Assembly (NCBI RefSeq): GCF_009914755.1 | Contig: NC_060941.1 | Source: the human T2T-CHM13v2.0 reference genome, Homo sapiens | Reading direction: 5' to 3' (one strand) | DNA length: 64,000 bases | Part shown: one piece after another, positions 13,421 through 30,811 of the stretch | Position numbering within the stretch: position 1 is the first letter of the stretch | Layout: every line of letters starts with the position of its first letter | Translations under genes and position numbers: made by a program | Notes under the pieces: generated by a model | Seen by the model: the letters and a program-made list of their open reading frames with translations, nothing else | The model's database searches: none | What the model was told of the DNA's origin: nothing

Positions 13421-14499
13421 TTTGAGACCTGCAGCCCCCGGCCCCACAGGCCAAGCTTGAGACAAGCACATGCGCACTCATGTGCATGTACACGTATACA
13501 CACACACACACACACACCAGCATGCACGAACATTCAATCAACACAGTGTTCTTGAGAACACCCAAATCATAGGCCTACCCTAGCCATCTAATTACTGCGG
13601 CAGAGGCCAAGACAGCCACTAACGTCACATCCAAGACAGCACACGGGGCCCACTGCACACTGTGCCCAAACAGCAGCCGCAAAGCAGTCCTGTAAGGTCT
13701 GGCAGGAGCAGAGACCCACACGGGCAGGCCCACTTACTGCCCCACTGCCATCAGCACACAGGGGACATGCAGAGAATCAATTACACTCTCTTTGTTTACA
13801 TCCCTCTCCCCTCCACAGACGCCAGGGACTGCACAGGCAGAGAGGAGGGTGGGGTGGGCCTCAGCCCTGCAGACAGAGGAAGTCATGGGTGTCTAGCCAA
13901 TGAGTGATGGCTGCCTGTGAAAAGCCAGTGTTTCTTGTGAAGAGAAATCCTGGCCTGGCTCTCCAGTTAGCACCATGGGATGCCTAGACCAGGACTAGGG
14001 ACCCGCTGAGACGCTGAAATGGGAGCTGGAGAACAGAATGTCAAGGGGCCAAAAGACAGGGAGAGCAAGTCTCAGAAGCCGTCAGCTCTGCAGAAAAAAG
14101 GAAACAGTCATTGCCTCCCTCTTCCTCTTTAGGAAAAAAAAAAATGGGGTGGGGGTGGTGCTAGGAAGCCCTGATACAGAACCGCCTCCTAACCAGTCTG
14201 GCATACACCCCATGCTTCTTGCCCCTGGCCAGCTCTAAGGGCCATTGGTTCTATACATTGTCTGACTTTCTCCATGAAAAGATTGGTAAGCACTGCCAGA
14301 GAGGATGGAAACCCAGCCCTGCCTCCTACCTGCCATGCGCTGTCCAAGTCTCACTGTCATATAGTCACATACACAGACTCTTAGGACACGGCGCTTGTGT
14401 CCTGCTCTCTAGGGAGTGGGATGTCCCCCCAGGGGAAGCATCTGGCCCTTCTGAAGCACGTGCAGTGTCACAGGTCTTCACATCTTCAGTGGCTACTTA

Positions 14500-15370
<871 letters not shown>

Positions 15371-15464
15371 GGCTTGAAAGGAATGATTCACAGCATACCA
15401 TGGTTAGGAGTATGACCTCCAGGGCCACACGGCCTGGTTTAATCTTGGCTCTTGCATGAAGTAA

Positions 15465-16237
<773 letters not shown>

Positions 16238-18600
16238 TAATACATTTTAACTATTATTATCTACCTATGATCATAAGCGGGGGAAAAAATGAGGCATTGT
16301 AAGCAAAATTTCCAGGTAACTGGAGCCTACCCTTTTTAAGGGATAAAAGATTTAAGTCATTTTCTAAATTCTATACTATTTATAATCCTAAAAATAACCA
16401 ACATATATACCCTGCTTCCTTAAGTACAACACTCCTAATTCATCTCAAAGATCTCACACTCTGAGCTTTCCTTCTTGAACCCAATCCATTTCTGCTCCAT
16501 CCTGTACTGAAGGGCACGCCATCTCCACCATGATGACTCCTGACTTCCTGGCCTGGCTACAGCAGCCTGGCTTCTGCCCCACCAATGCCCCAGCCTCTCT
16601 CCAAGGGCACCAGCCCCTCTTAGGCACCACCATGCTGAAGCCTTGCATATGCCTATATTAGGAAGGCCAGATGCCCTTTGTGGCCATATGTCTGCTTTTT
16701 AATTCTTTTGTCCCCTACCTCATTAGGCCATCAGCTGTCACTCGTCTGTCAGTGTGCCTGTCTCCACTCAGCTTCACATGCAACTACAGCTAGTCCCTCT
16801 GCTGCCCAAAGCGTGGTGGTGCAATATCAGGGCATGGTCCATTTCTTTGATGAGTCTAACTGATGGCTCCAGAGGCCATGTGGACACTCCCACAGCCAGC
16901 CAGGCCACCCCAAGCCCCTCAGCTTGCCTCCAAGGACAGCTGGAAGCTATAATCTGGCCCCTCCTCAGACTTTACTTTCACTTTTCTAGTCTCTTCTCCC
17001 TCTTCCCAGCCAGCCTGGCTCTCCGTCATTTGCCTGCCCTTGTCACCACCAGAGCCATTCCTTACGAATGTGTCTCTACCTTGGCTGACCCTCTCCATCT
17101 CTCCAGGCCCATCTCAACTCCTGCCTCCCTTATGAAGCCTTCCCTGAAACCCAAGACCCACCCGGCAATGCAAAGAACGTGGGCTTGGCAGCCAGACACA
17201 CCTGGGTCTGAATCCCAGCCTCTTTCTTGCTGTCTGACCTAAGGGAAAGTTACTTGACTTCTTAGAGTTTCTACTTTTTTGGCCTTAAAATAGTATGATA
17301 TCCACCTTATGAGGCTGTTATAAGAATAGAAAAGGCAGTACATGTAAAGCAACTGATGTGCGGCCTGGCAAATTATAGTTATTAAATTATTAATATCATT
17401 ATTATCATAAACCATAGCACTCACTGTCCACACCTGAACACATTACATACATACGGTTCTTGGTTATACTCAATATGGTGCTCTATTATATACAGTGGAG
17501 TCACACACTATGTGGGGTTAGATTCCAAAGTCAGCACGTAAGGCAAAAATAGAATATAGTCCAAAACTCCTGAAAATCCCTTAAACTGCTCACAAAGTAT
17601 AGTACACATGATTTTGAGTATGCCATTTGATATAATATAGCTGCAGGAAAGCATAATAGTCATGTACAGCATATAGTAAAAACACACAAAATATTATTTT
17701 TATAATTTTAGGCTACAGTAATATAGTTTCTTTCACAACCATATAGTTGAACTTATTGAAGTTTACTGTCCACGTGCCATGACTATACAGCATAACTAAT
17801 GTTCTGAATGATAATCGATTCGTGTTGAATGTTTAAGCCTGCTCTCCCTGGAGAGCTGGGACCATTTCCTACTTCCTTTATATCCCATCCCGTTCCCCAG
17901 CACTAGGCACACAAAAGGTGTTCCACGAAAATCCATATGGATTTAACCAACTGATCTGAACGGTGCACGCACAATAAACGGGCTGGAATAGAGTGGGGAA
18001 CAAGGGGATCTCCATGTGTGGTGACAACTTCAACTGCTCTGCTCTCCCACATTGGTGGCGTGGATGAGTGGAAGGTCCTTGGCTCTGTTTCAGGCACTTG
18101 ACCAGGCAGAGTGGCTAAGCAGAGCTGGGGGAAGGCCAGACAGGAGGCTCTGAGGGCTGGAGGAAGTCGTTCACTTATTCAACTAGCTGTGAACTGTAAT
18201 ACCTCAAGGCGAACACTGTGGGGAAGCACCGTGCCTGCTTCTTTTTCAGCTTCCCCACCACAGACTGAGCTTCCTGAGGCAGAGGTTGTGTGTTGTTCAT
18301 TGCTCTATCCCCAGCACTCACCTAGCACTGGGCCCTGCTCAGAGACAATATGAGGCACGTTTGAGTGACTGAGTGAAAGAAGATAATTTAGTTCTTGTTT
18401 TCAACTAAATACTTCCTGATTTAAAAAAATGTACAGATCAGCAGAGGAGATAACAAATGTACCCCAATAATTAAAATTCAAGTCAGGGACGTCAATAACA
18501 GTCTAGGGAAGTTCAGAGGCAAAGATCTGTTCCAGTTACGGTATTAAGTAGACAGCTTACAGACAGCTTGGAGCTAGGCCAATGAAAGAGAGAAATGTTA

Positions 18601-20605
<2,005 letters not shown>

Positions 20606-20810
20606 GGAAGTCAAGGTAAAAGGTGATGCCAAATGAGAGATAAGAAGGGTCTTCCTAGGATTCTGGCAGTTGATGGGGAAGAGAGGGTGACTCAAGAGAA
20701 AAAATAAGCTGGACTTGGTGACTATTTGGGGAAGGATGGGAAATGGGCACAAGCGGGTCTGGGTGGAGATTGAGAAAAGTAAGGAAAGATACCAAGGTTT
20801 AAAGCTTGGG

Positions 20811-20874
20811 AAGATATATTTTGTTAAGATATATCTTAACAATGAGATATATATATCTTAACAAAATATATCTT
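20811..20874. repeat. AT-rich perfect inverted repeat (24-bp arms) with nested 22-bp palindrome
   Basis: 20811-20834 is the exact reverse complement of 20851-20874; 20821-20842 is self-complementary. Confidence 0.9.
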
Positions 20875-21275
20875 AACAAAAGAATACTTCTCTGACCCCA
20901 TTTGTCCCTCTAGTTCCCCTGTAAATCAAAACTCCTAAAAAAAAGTCTATAAGCACTGTTGCCATAAATGGGTACTAATTATATGATCCTTGTATTACAA
21001 ATTTGCGGTGTGTAAAGTGTCAATAATAGAACTCTATTTAGGGAGTTGGGGAGAGTCCTGTTTAAAGCACTCAGAGCTCAGGGCCAGGAGGGCCTGGAGC
21101 ACTTGCTTTTGAAGTGGGAGGGCCCAGCCACTAGGGTGGCAGGTGCACTTCCAGGATGACCACTTCAGAGGTCCTCAGCACCAGCCCTAGGGCCAGTACT
21201 AGAGTCTACACCTGTCTCAAAGAAAATGCCAGCGCAGGAGTCCCTTCCCTTTCTTGGGAGGAATTATCCTTTATT

Positions 21276-21279
<4 letters not shown>

Positions 21280-21310
<31 letters not shown>
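21280..21310 (+). repeat. (TG)n microsatellite
   Basis: Uninterrupted TG run. Confidence 0.95.
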
Positions 21311-21312
<2 letters not shown>

Positions 21313-21499
21313 GTAACAAAATGTCACCTCGTATGAAACAGTAGTGTTAGGAGACAGCGATTGGTATTGAGGTGCCAAGATTTTTTATGAAATTCTACCA
21401 GTGCCGATAGCCAGTGGATTCTGAAGGGTTATAGGGCAGACTCCCTTTAAGAAGCCTAGGGATGGTCTCAGAGAGGAGAAGGAGGGCTGAGAGGAAACC

Positions 21500-21920
21500 T
21501 GGAGTGACCAACGGCGCATGCCCAGGGCCACCCCAGCCACTCAGCACCCTACGCACGGGTCAGGCTCTGTGAGGGCCGAGTCAGCCCCAGGCCCGGGGCG
21601 GCACTTCCCGGGTTGGCCCACCGGCCAGCCGGAGCCTGGGCGGGGCCAAGGGGGTGGGGCCAAGCCCAGCACATGCGCCTAGAGCCCTGGAAGCTCCGCC
21701 CTGCAGCGCCGCTGGCGCCCAGCAGAGGGTGGCAGCCCCCTTCTCATCTACCCTCCCGCTTTGCTGGGGCCGCTTTCACCTCCGCCAGGCCGGCCTCCGG
21801 GCCCCACCCCCAGGAGGCGTCCCCCAGGAGCTCCGGCCCGAGGGGGCTGCGGCGGCAAGATGGCCTCTCGCCGTCCCCAGGACGCGTAGGGCAAGAAGAG
21901 GCAGGGATGAGCTCGGTGCC
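21500..21920. promoter_or_regulatory. Small intronic CpG-rich element with CTCF-like and YY1-like motifs
   Basis: CpG-rich non-Alu patch; CCAGCAGAGGGTGGCAG at 21719-21735; AAGATGGC at ~21857; GC boxes. Confidence 0.5.
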
Positions 21921-23372
21921 CACTTTGTTTTTATCACCGCTCTATCCCCAGAACCTAAAACAGTTCCTACATATAGTAGGCATTCAGTAAATGCTTATTG
22001 ATGGAATAAATGAATGAATACATGAATGCAAGGTCAAAAGACGCCAGGAAAGCCTGTTCTAGAGAGGGGCTTGTCTAGAGACAAGCAATCAGGAAGGTCA
22101 GTGGGTATGGGACGGCGAGCCACAGATCACTGCCCCAGAGGTGGTCGCCGAGGCTTGGGGCTCTGACACTCCCCCCAGCCCCTACACCCACCCAGTCCCT
22201 GCATTGGCACACCCATCAGTTTGCTCAGAGCCATGTGCCACCACACCTTTTCGGGCACAGAGCCCAAGTAGGGACGCCTGGGCTTGTCCTCTCTGCCAAG
22301 ACCCTGAGTCAATCCCCAAAGACTAGGCAGGCATATGCGGCCGACTGCAGGGACCACCTGACTGGCCCGACAGCAGGCCTGCTGCTCTCTGAGGTCTCTC
22401 AGCTGCTGGGGATTTCCTCATGGCCCCCGGGGACTTCCAAATTGCCTCTGCTTTGCCAAGCTCCCCCAAGGCCCAAAGCCATGAGCCAGCCTTGAGGATC
22501 CTTTCCCAAAATCCTCCACAGCCCTGCCCCACATCTCATCAGGACTTGGGTCACTTCTGGGTCTCCTAAATGTACCACATGCACTATGTTCTCCTATCCA
22601 CCCCCTCTGGTAGACAGGAGGGAATAAACATAATGAAGCATTGTTCTCTTTTTCATATAAATGACAACTCTTCTCCATTTCCACAGAAGAAAAAAAAGGA
22701 AGCCAGCTTAAGAGTCAGCCACAGCAATTTAAATAAAATATCAGTAAGGTCTTCCTGGGTGTGAGAGATGGAGGCCTGTGGTGCTTATTCTCAAAGTCAG
22801 AGAAGTTCTTCTAGACAAGCCTCAGGTTCCTCGTAACACTGGACATCCAATAAATATTTGAGAATCTGTGTGTTCACCTCTGGAGCCCCTATTGGGCCTG
22901 TTTCTAAAACCCTCTGAAGTAAAAAATAAAGCACAAACCCTATGTCCATAGAAACAGGAAGAAGCAAAAGCCTCTACCTTGCCTACCAACCCACCACCTC
23001 TGTGCTAACAGCCTGGGCCAAATCCACTGGGGCATGTGAGTACCTGTGTGTTACAAAGCTGGGCAGAAGACATCCTTGGCGAGGAAAGGAAGCGCTGCCC
23101 CAGTTGTGGTGGCACACAGCCAGGGACCTGCTGGCCCTGGGGCATTAGGATTCCAGAGCTGGTGGTGGTTGAGGTGTAGAAATTGCCAGAGAGGACAGCT
23201 CTTCCTTCTTGAGAGGAAGGGGAAATGCCACCATCCCCTGCCTTACCAGGGGGACTCTGAAGGAGGAAACAAACCTTCAAGAACACCCAACTATTTCTTT
23301 CTGGGAGCTGTTTAGAGCCGTACTGTTCAATATGGTAGCTACTAGCCATGAGTGGCTATTCAAATTGAAGCT

Positions 23373-23935
23373 GGCCGGGTGTTATGGCTCATGCCCATAA
23401 TCCCAACATTTTGGGAGGTCTAGGCAGCAAGATCGCTTGTCTTCCTTTGATGACTGATTTTGAGGTCTCTCTTCTGTGCCTTTGAAAGACCCTATAGAGG
23501 ATCCTCTACCCTTTGTCCCGCCCATTTTCTTCAAAATCCCAAAACTGTAGCTCTTATTGTTGCTGTAGAAACAGATGCTTGTCAAACATGAAGTTGGTTG
23601 GAAGGGCTAGTTTTGGCTGCAGGAATTGCTTTCAGCTCATCTGGGGAGGAGAGAGGAGGAAGAAAGGAGGAGAGAGGGGGCCCCAGGCAAGGGCCCACAG
23701 GTCAGGAGTTGCTGTGGTTGCAAAGGTGTTGTTAACACAAGACCAGCCTGGGCAACATAGTGAGACCCCGTCTCTACAAAAAAAATTTTTTTTTAATTAG
23801 CCAAGTGTGGTCCCAGCAACTTGGGAGGGGGAGGTGGGAGGATCACTCAAGCCCAAGAGTTCGCTGCAGTGAACTGTGATGGTGCCACTGCACTCTAGCC
23901 TGGGTGACAGAGCAAGACCCCGTCTCAGAAAAAAT
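23373..23935 (+). mobile_element. Alu interrupted by a ~300-bp inverted copy of nearby non-Alu DNA
   Basis: Alu left arm stops at gatcgcttg (~23439) and resumes at agaccagcctggg (~23740). Confidence 0.85.
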
Positions 23936-25423
23936 TCCAGTTAAATGGAAACAATGAGGATACTTCTGATTAAATTAAAATCAAATAAAATTTAAGGTTC
24001 AGTTCCTACTAAGTTGGATAGCATTATAGACCATTTCTACCCTTGCAAATTGTTCTGTTGGGCAGGTCTGGTCTAGAGGTTCCCTTTCAGTGTGTCCTGG
24101 TCCCTCTACCAATGCCTCCTTCAGATGATGCCCCCGCCTACCTGCTGTTGTCTCCCTTCCTCACCCCAGAGTCTGCTTAGACTCCTATCCACACATGCCT
24201 TGCCTTGTTCCCTAGGCCTCCAAAAGAGGTGGAGGAGGGGACTGTAGTCACAATTTAATACCCAGCTGGGAGCAGAAGCCAAGACTGAATGGAAACCTAC
24301 TCCCACCCCAAGGCGTCCCAGGCCTGGGAGAAAGCCCCTCAGTGCCTGCACAATCACACAATGGTTCCTTGTTTCTGCATTCTCTGGGCCAAGCACGAGT
24401 AAGACATCTGGAATGCAGTGGCCTGAGGGCTTCCCCAAGCCACCCGCTGCAGGACTTATCTGATGTTAGTACTCCTATAGAATCAGAAGTCCCAACAGAA
24501 TCCTGAACTTTCAACAGCAAATAAGGCCAATGAAGCCTCATCCAGGGCATGCCAGGATTTCTGCCATGGAGCAGTGAGGCCCATAACTGGACACCTCCCT
24601 GTGTCACCAACTAGATGAAGCAAAGGAGGAGTAGGAAGGGGAGGACACGGTGGAGAATGGACTCTGGACATATCTGACATGCTGGAGAGGAGGCTCAGAG
24701 AAGCCCCCCAGCCCCGCATCCACAGAAGAGCAAAGGAACAGATTGGCGGGTCTGACCACTGTTGTGTTCCGTCACAGAGACTTCACTGGAGAGGTTTTGC
24801 TGCAGTAAAAATCACAAGTGGGAGAGTCTAGGCATGCTCATATGGGTGGTGGAAGGAGCAGAGGACAGACTCTGGAACTGGCAGGTCAGGACTGTCTTTC
24901 TGTTTTATGCCTCAATTCCTGCTTAGTCCTAATCTAAATGGGCTGTCAGGAGCAAGACAGGTGTGAAGAAACAAAATAAATTGTAGAAAGACCAAAAAGT
25001 AGGGTGAGTTTGTTCAAATGGAAAACAAATAGGTAGAAAGACACCTGGTACTCCAGAGGTCTTGCCATCAGCTAAGAATCTGACTGGAGGGAGTCACAGA
25101 GAAAGCAGCCCAATTTTAAAAACTGGAATCAAACTTCAGACCAGATTGGAAACTCAGGCCAAAGCAATCCCTCGCTAAGATTACTGTGCAGCCCTGAGTA
25201 AGCTTAGGCCTGTTCCCCATCTCTACCTGAAAGGCACTTTGGGCATAAGCATCAGCGTGGGGACAAGAATAAAGCAGTTCTCCAACACTCCCCGTGAGCA
25301 GAGCTGAGCCATTAACAGGAACAGCACCTGTGACATTCCTGCGGGTACCAAGCTACCAGGCACCAGTGCTTCCTGACGTACCAGAGACAGATTAATGAGG
25401 ATGATGATAATGTTCACTTCTTC

Positions 25424-26145
<722 letters not shown>

Positions 26146-26293
26146 TGATTATTCTCATTTCATAGATGAGGAAAATGAGGCACAGAGGAATTAAATAATT
26201 TGCCCAAGGTCACTCAGCCAGTAGGCAGCATGGCCAGGATTCAGACCCAAGCAGTCTGGCTCCAGAGGCCAAGCTGTAGCCAATACTTAGCAA

Positions 26294-26609
26294 TGTGTTA
26301 ACAACACCTTCGCAACCACACACAACTCCTCACCTGTGGGTCCTTGCCTAGGGCCCTCTCTCTCTCTCCTCCTCTCTTCCTCCTCTCTCCTCCCCAGATG
26401 AGCTGAAAGCAGTTCCTGCAGCCAAAACTAGTCCTTCCAAGCAACTTCATGTTTGACAAGCATCTGTTTCTACAGCAACAATGAGAGCAGCAGTTTTGGG
26501 ATTTTGAAGAAAATGGGCGGGACAAAGGGTAGAGGACCCTTTATAAGATGGGTCCCTCTTTCAGAGCACAGAAGAGAGACCTCAAAATCAGTCATCAAAG
26601 GAAGACAAG
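26294..26609. repeat. Partner (probable source) of the inverted duplication at 23436-23739
   Basis: Reverse-complement match over ~300 bp; ORFs 23513..23800(+) and 26298..26525(-) give near-identical peptides. Confidence 0.9.
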
Positions 26610-26794
26610 GGGGCTGGGGGAGGACCCCAAAGCCCTGATTAAAGCAGGAAAACTGATTCCCCTACCCCAGAGACAAAGTCCTCTGGTGCGAAGCCAGCTG
26701 CTTTCCTCTGGACAGAGAAGGTAAGGGCTAGAAGCAAATGGCAGAAATTGGAGGGGTCTGGGAGAAAAGGACAACCCACTCTAAATTCTGCAGA

Positions 26795-26825
<31 letters not shown>

Positions 26826-26836
26826 CGTGTGTATGT
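26795..26836 (+). repeat. (TG)n(CG)n alternating purine-pyrimidine tract
   Basis: gtgtgt...gtgcgcgcgcgtgcgtgtgtatgtg. Confidence 0.9.
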
Positions 26837-28607
26837 GGCGCCTAGGCCATTCCTAAGCTGGGTGTCCTGCCACAGAACCCAGTTCTGTGGTTCTCTTCCC
26901 CAGGTCGAAGTTAGGTGATGATGGATGGAGGCAAGAGTGATCAGGCAGCCCTGGGAGAGGCGTGTAGACAGGCCTCAGTGTGCCCGCACAGGGTGGCTCA
27001 CCTCCCTCGAGGGAGGGCAAGGGCATTTGGGGTGAGGTGGTCAGGCTGGTACCCCTAGGAGAAGGCTTCATTCCTGCCTGCCCCTCACCTCATCTAAGCA
27101 AGAAACCCCTTTTCTTGTTCAGAAATCCTGAGGCCAGAATCTCAGGCTGCCAGGGCAATCGGGGCTCTGCCAGGCAAAGCCAAGTGCTAAGGGGAATAGG
27201 GATGTTTGCTGGTCACCGATTCCAGGAAGACAGGCCACAGCAGTCCCCCCAGGCTTCTCAGGCAGGGGGCCCAGTTTCCCTCTTGCCTCTGTTGATCTTG
27301 AGGCATGGCCAAGTGAGTGGGGACTCGACCCAGCCTGTGCCCGTGTCCTTTAGGGAACCTAGGTGCCTGCTGAGAGGAGGCAGGGCTGTGCCAGGCTCAG
27401 CACATGCTGGGTTCCCCCCATGCCTGAAGTGCCAGGCACACTAGCTCCCACAGCCTGGACAGCTCTGGGGAGGGCGAGGCAGAAGATGCCAGCCCAGCCG
27501 GGGAGGAAATCTTTTACTGCTCTGAGCCCAGTGCTTCTGCAATCAGCTCCACAACCAAAGCAGTCCACACATGAGGGAGGGGCAGGGGCATGAGGGAAGG
27601 GCCCCCAGCAGGAAGAACTAACCACACAAGGAGATGGTATCAGACCCTTCCCCTCGCCATGTCCCTGGAAGGTTCTACTGGAATCTCTAGATACTTTCCC
27701 CTTGATGTGTTGGGGCCGGGCATGAAACTGGGTGTCACGGAGAGTCATGACAGTCTCACGCTGCCTGACGGTGCTGTCACTGCCTGGCCTCTAGCCCATG
27801 CCACCCAGGGCTGAGATAGATCTTCCTGCACACGTCTTCTGTCCTTGCAGAAGCACAGGCTCCATCATCACAGGGTGCTATCTTCAGCCTTTCTTCTCCA
27901 CAGAACCAGGCTCAGGGGCTGACACGGAGCAGTGTTCATCAAGGTGTCCTGACGTCCCACCCTGATTGCAACAAGGCTCTGGGGACATCCACATCTGGCC
28001 TTTCCTACAGCACAGAGCTCTGCCTCCTCCCCACCACACATGCAGCCCTCTTCTGCCCCAGGGCCGGGGCAGCCTCAGTCCTGCTGCCAGAGAAGAGCTC
28101 CATGGGAAGAACCTGCCGCCCTGTGTGGACCCTGCTTGCCCCAGGGCCTGGCAGTGAGAGGTGCTGGGGAGGGAGGGAGGAAGTGAGTCAGCTCCCTGCA
28201 GAAATCTGAGTGGGAGGGAGGAGCCAGCAGAAATGAGATCGGGGGCAAAGGGCACAGGAGCCAGAAAGGTCACTAAGAGAGGGAACCAGGCCCCGAAGGT
28301 GTTGCGGGACCCACAGAGTACAAGACAGATACAGGTGATGAATTCGGCAGGGCCACCTCCAACCGAGGCTGGGTGGCCCCAGTAGGCCAGAGAACCTGGG
28401 TCCAGAGGCCTGGCCCCACCTGAGGATGGAATCCGAGGCGGCTCCCCTCCCTGACTCATGTTCACACCAGAGGTAGCAAGGCCTTGTGGGACATGGCCAG
28501 CCTCATTCTCTCCTCAGAGATGGAGTCTCTGGGCTCCAAGGCCTCCCACTCCCTCTCCTGAGCCCTACAGCTCCAGAAGCCCAGGTTCCCCATGACCTGG
28601 CCTAGTA

Positions 28608-29265
28608 GGGACATGCTAAGGTCCTACAGACAAGTCACCTAGGCCAGTCAGAGCGGGAAGGTTCCAGGAACCAAAACTGTCTCCCAGAGGGGATGGGAGC
28701 TGAGCCTGGGCCCCAGGAGCAGAGCAACTGGGGCTGCCTTAGCACCCACTCTCTCCTCCCTGGTAGGGACATGTGGGAGCTGTCCCCAGGCTCCAGCTGG
28801 AATCCATTGCTGTGACTGGGTAAGATCCTTGCTGTGAAAATTCCCATCCTGCTGACATTCCAGTATGAAGGCAGTTCAGGGAGAGCAGCGGAAGGGAAGA
28901 GGAAGCCCCACTGGGCCACATTCCAGCCCCTCAGAGACCTACAGCCAGTGAGACAGGCACATTCCTCCAAGGTCTGAGACAGACACTGCGTAGCCCCCAT
29001 GTAATCCTGAATCTTCTTCTCACCCAAGCCTGGCACCTTCATGTGGGCTCCTGTGTGGGGGCAGGAGGCAGCCTGTCCCCAGGACCTCCCTTCCCAGGCT
29101 CCTGCTCCTGGATGCCCACAGAGCTGCCTCTCCTCCAGTCCTGTGAGAGATGCCAGGCCCCAGGCATGCAAGAAACAGTCCATGGGTGGAGATGGGACAC
29201 GCTAAGGTCCTAGAGACAAGTCACCAAGGTCAGTTAGAGCAGGAGGGGTCCAGGACCCAAAACTG
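28608..29265 (+). repeat. 72-bp diverged direct repeat (28608-28679 and 29194-29265)
   Basis: Ungapped alignment with about 9 mismatches in 72 bp. Confidence 0.85.
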
Positions 29266-30394
29266 AGCTAAAGTTTTGGTTCTGGTCTGGAAGACCGAAC
29301 AGAGAGAATGAGAAACCAGTTCCTGAGTACAGAACCATCTCTTTCCTTCAACAAATATCCCCTGCCCTCATGCAGTGCTCCAGCACTGGAGAAGGAATGA
29401 GATAACTCAGTAATTACCATCTTGTGAATGCTATGAGAAGGCTGGGGTGTTGCCAGGTGGGGACCTGACATGGTCTGGGAGGATCAGGGACAAGTGATAT
29501 TCAAACTGAAGCCAATGTGTAGAAGTGTACAAGGGAGGGCAGGGAAAGGGGCTACAGACAAAAGGAACAGCAGGAGCTCAAGGGTAGACGCCAGTGAGAA
29601 GCCTGCATTGCCCCCACCACTGCTAGGCCCTCTGCCAGGCTGTGCTCCGCCACTGTTTTTCCACAACACACAGAGGAAACAACAGCGTGGCCCTGAGCAA
29701 CACGGCGAGCCCACTCTTGGTCAGAGGTGACACTGCAGGGATCCTGTCACCCCAAGTGCTATGGAGATCAGCACTAGCATGCCAGTATGGGCCAAAAAGG
29801 TGAGAGGGGCAACGTCCCAGACTCCCAGATCTAGCATATGGCCCTCCACTCCTGGGGACCACATCAAATGCTGCCAATGTAGGTGCCACTTCTCTTCTTA
29901 AGGCGTCCCTCTTCCACCCTTCCCTCTCCCGGCTCCCACAAGATTGAATCCTGCCTGCTGCCACTTGGGCTCACTTCCTCTGGCTAACCCTCAGGAGACA
30001 CTGAGAGCAATGGTCACACCCTTCTGCAGCACACCACCACAGCTCAAGAGTGGCCCATCACTCCTGGTTTCCTTCTGGAAGGATGACAAGGAGGTGAAGA
30101 GGCTTTTAGTGACAGGGCAGCAGGAGTCAGAAGGTCTGAGCTAGGCAGTGGATTTATATGGATATCCGGATACTGCCTTGCTCTCCCCTATACAGCAGAC
30201 TAGTCAAGAGCTGATGGCCTGAGTTCAAGTCCTGGTGAGTCACTTAATACCTGTGCAACCTTACACAATTTGCCTAACTTTAACCTCTCAGTAATGCAGT
30301 TTCCTCACTTTAAAACAGATTGTTATGATCCTTCAAAGGGTTGTTGAGAAAATTAAATAAGTGAATATATGTAAACACTGAGAACAGTGCCTAA

Positions 30395-30811
<417 letters not shown>

